Shown piece by piece: positions 61,701-64,000 of a DNA stretch of 64,000 nt. A program made the position numbers and the translations under genes. The DNA is from Chitinophagaceae bacterium (lineage in GTDB: Bacteria > Bacteroidota > Bacteroidia > Chitinophagales > Chitinophagaceae): the NCBI GenBank assembly GCA_026786345.1, contig JAJAYD010000114.1, positions 190 through 64,189 on the forward strand. The letters are read 5' to 3'. The notes under the pieces were generated by a model. The model did not search any database. It had not been told where the DNA came from and saw only the letters and a program-made list of their open reading frames with translations. Every line of letters starts with the position of its first letter. The stretch's first letter is position 1.

Positions 61701-64000
61701 ACAAAACATACAGGAGTGGTCAGGTGTACGGTCAGGGCTATTCGATACCTTGCTGGTTTTCGAAAATTATCCCTTTAATAAACAAATACAGTCGGAGCAG
61801 TGGAGTTTACATATTAGTGACGTGGAAATGGACGAACGAACCAATTATCCGCTTACAATAGGTGTAACCAATTATGATCAATTGCTGGTCTCTTTTAATT
61901 ACAATTCCAACGTACTATGCGAGGAATACATCCAAAATATTGGGCGGCATTTTCAGCGTGTACTCGAACAAATAATTGATAGTCATTCTGTAAAAGATAT
62001 AAAGATATTATCAGCAGCCGAAGAGCATCATTTGCTGGTCGATTTTAATAATACCGACATCCGGTTTCCGCAATTTAAAAACCTGGCTGAAGCATTTAAT
62101 TACCAGGTAGAAAGACAGCCTGGTGCAATAGCTGTAATGTTTGATAACACCGGTGTAACCTATCAGCAGCTTAATGAAAAAGCCAACCGCATAGCCCACT
62201 TTTTAAAGCAACAGGGAATAGGTTTGCAAACTCTCGTACCTATTTGTGTTGGGCGTGGTGTTGATATGATTGCAGGATTGCTGGGTATATTAAAGGCAGG
62301 TGCCGCTTACATACCAATAGACCCCGATTATCCACAGGAACGTATAAATTTTGTATTAAAAGATAGTGATGCTACTCACGTTCTTTGCAACAACAATACA
62401 ATCTCAAAGTTTGCTCTTTTACCCGGCTTACAGGCTTTAAACATTGACGAGTACAGTGCGGAAATTAAACGCCAGCCGGCAAATGAGCTTAACCTCAACA
62501 TCCTGTCACATCATTTGGCATACATTATTTATACTTCGGGTTCAACCGGTTTGCCAAAAGGGGTTATGGTAGAGCATGGTGGTGTGGTAAACCTTGCATA
62601 TAGCCAGGCTACCCCGTTGTGGTTACAACCCGGTACACGTACGCTTCAATTTGCATCGTACAGTTTCGACGCCTCGTGCTACGAAATTTTTAATACCCTG
62701 TTGAGCGGTGGGCAATTGGTCATTCCGCAAAAAGAAGATCTTTCTTCGCCGCAGGCATTTAACGGGTTTATAAGTAAACATAAAGTGCAGGTTGCCGTTT
62801 TACCGCCTACGTTTTTGCAGTTGGTAGCAGACTATACGGCCACACTGCAAACCATAGTTTCAGCAGGCGAAGCTTTAAACCCTTTAACTTATCTACAGCT
62901 TAAGGCCAAAGGCATACGTTTTATAAACGCTTATGGCCCTACCGAGACAACGGTTTGCGCTACCCTTACTGACCATCCCATTACAGCAGAAAATATCATT
63001 ACGATTGGTAAGCCGGTTTCCAATGTAAAAATTCGCATTTTAAACGATAAAGGGCAACTGGTACCTGTTAATGTAAGCGGCGAAATTTGTGTAGCAGGTG
63101 TACAGGTTGCACGAGGTTATTTAAACCGGCCGGATATAAACGAAAAGAAGTTTGTTAAAGATCCTTTTGGCGGTGGCAGAATGTATAAAACAGGCGACGT
63201 GGGTCGCTGGTTACCCGATGGAAATATTGAATACCTTGGAAGGATTGATGACCAGGTTAAAATAAGGGGATTAAGAATTGAACCTGGTGAGATAGAAAAT
63301 ACATTGCTGCAATACAAGGGCATTACCCAGGCTATTGTTCTTACAAAACAGCTTAATAACGATAAGGTATTGGTGGCGTATTATGTGCCTTCAAACGTGG
63401 TAGATAGCAGCACTTTGAAAAACTTTTTATCCGAAAAGTTGCCTGCTTTTATGGTGCCCGAATTCATAATGGGCATCGATCAGGTTCCGGTTACCATAAG
63501 TGGCAAGGTTGATAAAAAATTACTGCCTGCGCCAAGAATTGAAGATGGTTCAGGAGGGTATTCGGCACCAGTCACCGTGCTACAAAAACAACTTGCCGGT
63601 TTATGGCATAGCATACTTGGCTACGAAAAAATAAGCATCGATACCGACTTCTTTAGTGTGGGAGGAAATTCTATTTCAGCTATGCGTTTTGTTTCAGCGC
63701 TTCGCAAAGAGTTGAACATTGAACTACCTATTAAAGAGTTGTTTTTACATCCCTCCATTCAAGAACTGGCTACCATTATTGAGACCTCTCAAAGCAAAAA
63801 TCTGCTTCCTGCTATTCTTGCAAAAGAACGGCCTGAATTTATTCCGCTTGCATTTAGCCAGGCAAGGCTATGGTTCATTCATCAATTACAGGGTACGCAA
63901 TCATACCATTTACCTGCTGCGCTCCAATTAAAAGGAACTTTAAATATCGACGCACTTGAAAAAGCTATAAGAAGTGTTATTGATCGTCATGAAGTGCTGC
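55789..64000 (+). CDS. NRPS2 (partial, runs off the window end): T-C-A-T-E-C-A-T-C...
   Basis: Absent from the ORF track because there is no stop in the window. From ATG at 55789 the frame holds at every point I checked: GGNS (55987), HHIASDG (56551), A domain, GGDS (~59133), E domain HHLAVDG (59692) with EGHGRE, VGWFT and FNYLGQ, HHILFDG (61120), A domain, GGNS (63661), then PLAFSQARLWF...RHEVL at the window end. Confidence 0.92.
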   Translation, partial: MINPNKSNPKARTGKDIFNLIKAKQQAPAEVKIPRPIGDVQEALVVLWNKVLTASNFDTNDDFFKSGGNSIKAVQLASQVAKHFGVPIELTDIFLNTSITSQAVLIQQKQQQASINTPIQPQERPELIPLSFSQERLWFIEKLEGSIQYHIPLVFSFKGELNIEALEASLKEIVERHEVLRTVIKEEDGKPFQCINSVNDWQLERQTIPDSSEIESNAAINQLVNKPFNLAGDYMLRATLIAEGGNDHLLVLVIHHIASDGWSMSIMAGELIQLYQQHSGVNVVLLPALPLQYADYALWQKKHISQQQQANKLLFWKDTMEGLNPLSFPTDFARPVTQSTRGALLEFTLPTQLAAAIAALSNQQGVTLFNTLLAAFNVLLYRYTNQADVCVGTVVANRPVEDLENLIGFFTNTLPIRNEVKGTESFTDFVQRVKATTLRAFANQDVPVEKIIDTVVTERDLSRHPLFNIVFVLQNTPDIPALEIGDLRLSQIPYHQNTTKFDITFNLKETANGIEGEVEYCIDLFTPPTIHRFVQHYILLLESIVKEPATAIAGLNILGEDERYKLITAFNDNRFDFAEGQTMVSLFEKQAAKNPTATALVFQDGQLTYGQLNTKANQLAHYLQTKGVQSQTLVPFCMDRCTDMIVSILGILKAGGAYVPIDPAYPQERIRYMLDDTGAALILTKTKNKQVIPANDNLTVIDLDENNREIQLKPEENIGCKLTGSSLAYIIYTSGSTGRPKGVMIEHGSVVNEALYQVKEFGINASEKILQFSNIAFDASVEQYMLAFTSGATLVLIDKAVISDQQQLFSLLKKEAITHLHATPSFLEVLPAQKYGSLKRVIAGGEQCSLALAANWSKHVAFYNEYGPTETTITITECRFSNDLPASVMPIGKPLANSQVYILDTHGNVVPIGVAGEIYIGGAQVGRGYLNMPDLTAEKFISDPFSNKAGARLYKTGDLGRWMADGNLEYLGRMDDQVKIRGYRIELGEIESAVLQSKLVKQVLVIAGDKAKGLQQQLVAYVVPGEHYNKQSLLDYIRKYLPDFMVPAIWIELDALPLNANGKVDKKALPDYQPDKLSARKYVAPETPLQKAIAETWQDLLGVHQIGIEDNFFEKGGDSILTIQVVSRLKRLGYSIQPKDIFLHQTINKLAHAIINRIKEEDKAEQDTLNGPAGLLPVQQSWLSEAQPVPSYFNQSVMVSIDKKVPVEWIQTITHSLVNHHDALRFRYSENGGQWIQEYGDFRGSVEVEVVENNTQNFEAAIQQVSLKYQAQLSIEKGEIIKVVFINTLESEVTNKVLIIIHHLAVDGISWRILLEDFERGLATLSGGNSLDLQRKTYSYRQWFTALVQYGSTARLLHQKAFWKKLVDNIQPLQTDFIYNQNVLVKETQTVTVSLNQDYTDRLLKQDPLAYRIEVTEILIGALYLTLSKWYKSNSITIWLEGHGRETFQHSVDVSSTVGWFTTMFPLLLQSDNDDLAEVLDGIKEHVRQIPDKGIGYGILKYLIKEEALQGSHPVDLLFNYLGQLDNILPTGQWLQVDENSLKAESAPNNFFKQKISIGAFVSKGKLQVNWLFSTRHFHAETIQLLSGQFVNNLVALLDFYAKKPATHFIPSDFFLSDVVSPGELDSFLEKPYNNGYISDYISDVYKLSGLQQGMLFHTIYEPASGAYINQFFANLTNPNTEVLSKAWQHLIAEHSILRSAFFNNDFNIPVQGVFRQVVLPVNEVDVSNLNAEQQKNYLNNFVESDRTAGFDIEVPPLMRLSLFRLNQTTFKMVWTSHHILFDGWSLHILFYKFLQAYEKLSSGRQLSIINEDPFSDYIHYLDNRDASPEEDYWRSYVKGVEDGTTLPVNQVAKKHNEKVLEYKKHVLPISPSISASLQKFAREHKITINTIFQATWAYLLHTYTHNQTVFFGVTVSGRPPEFANVESRVGMYINTVPLKSVIDDDTVIAVWLQNIQQEQAYAQQFQYTPIQNIQEWSGVRSGLFDTLLVFENYPFNKQIQSEQWSLHISDVEMDERTNYPLTIGVTNYDQLLVSFNYNSNVLCEEYIQNIGRHFQRVLEQIIDSHSVKDIKILSAAEEHHLLVDFNNTDIRFPQFKNLAEAFNYQVERQPGAIAVMFDNTGVTYQQLNEKANRIAHFLKQQGIGLQTLVPICVGRGVDMIAGLLGILKAGAAYIPIDPDYPQERINFVLKDSDATHVLCNNNTISKFALLPGLQALNIDEYSAEIKRQPANELNLNILSHHLAYIIYTSGSTGLPKGVMVEHGGVVNLAYSQATPLWLQPGTRTLQFASYSFDASCYEIFNTLLSGGQLVIPQKEDLSSPQAFNGFISKHKVQVAVLPPTFLQLVADYTATLQTIVSAGEALNPLTYLQLKAKGIRFINAYGPTETTVCATLTDHPITAENIITIGKPVSNVKIRILNDKGQLVPVNVSGEICVAGVQVARGYLNRPDINEKKFVKDPFGGGRMYKTGDVGRWLPDGNIEYLGRIDDQVKIRGLRIEPGEIENTLLQYKGITQAIVLTKQLNNDKVLVAYYVPSNVVDSSTLKNFLSEKLPAFMVPEFIMGIDQVPVTISGKVDKKLLPAPRIEDGSGGYSAPVTVLQKQLAGLWHSILGYEKISIDTDFFSVGGNSISAMRFVSALRKELNIELPIKELFLHPSIQELATIIETSQSKNLLPAILAKERPEFIPLAFSQARLWFIHQLQGTQSYHLPAALQLKGTLNIDALEKAIRSVIDRHEVL

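Overview
AT-rich Bacteroidota DNA, most likely Chitinophagaceae (inferred from TAnnTTTG promoters, T9SS C-terminal domains and gene content). A short core-like stretch comes first: a partial TonB-dependent receptor-like gene, a polysaccharide deacetylase, a lipoprotein, TatD and tRNA-Ser(GGA). About 60 kb of + strand accessory genes follow: (i) a 1949-aa T9SS cargo protein with a dimethylformamidase-beta-like head, DUF4082 and SprB-like repeats; (ii) a ~25-kb surface polysaccharide locus combining Wzc and a Wzy-like protein with a Wzm/Wzt ABC exporter, about 10 glycosyltransferases and formyl/amino/amido/acetyl/acyl tailoring genes; (iii) two paralogous T9SS proteins that share an uncharacterised ~750-aa head but have different tails; (iv) the start of an NRPS cluster: Sfp-type PPTase, type II thioesterase, CmlA-like di-iron beta-hydroxylase, NRPS1 (Cstarter-A[Ala]-T-C-FkbH) and NRPS2 (T-C-A-T-E-C-A[Phe-like]-T-C..., running off the window and missing from the ORF track). 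The best candidate for an undescribed system is this assembly line, which appears to insert glycerate as an internal ester-linked unit after an N-acyl-Ala starter. All domain calls come from motif recognition by eye; no searches were run.
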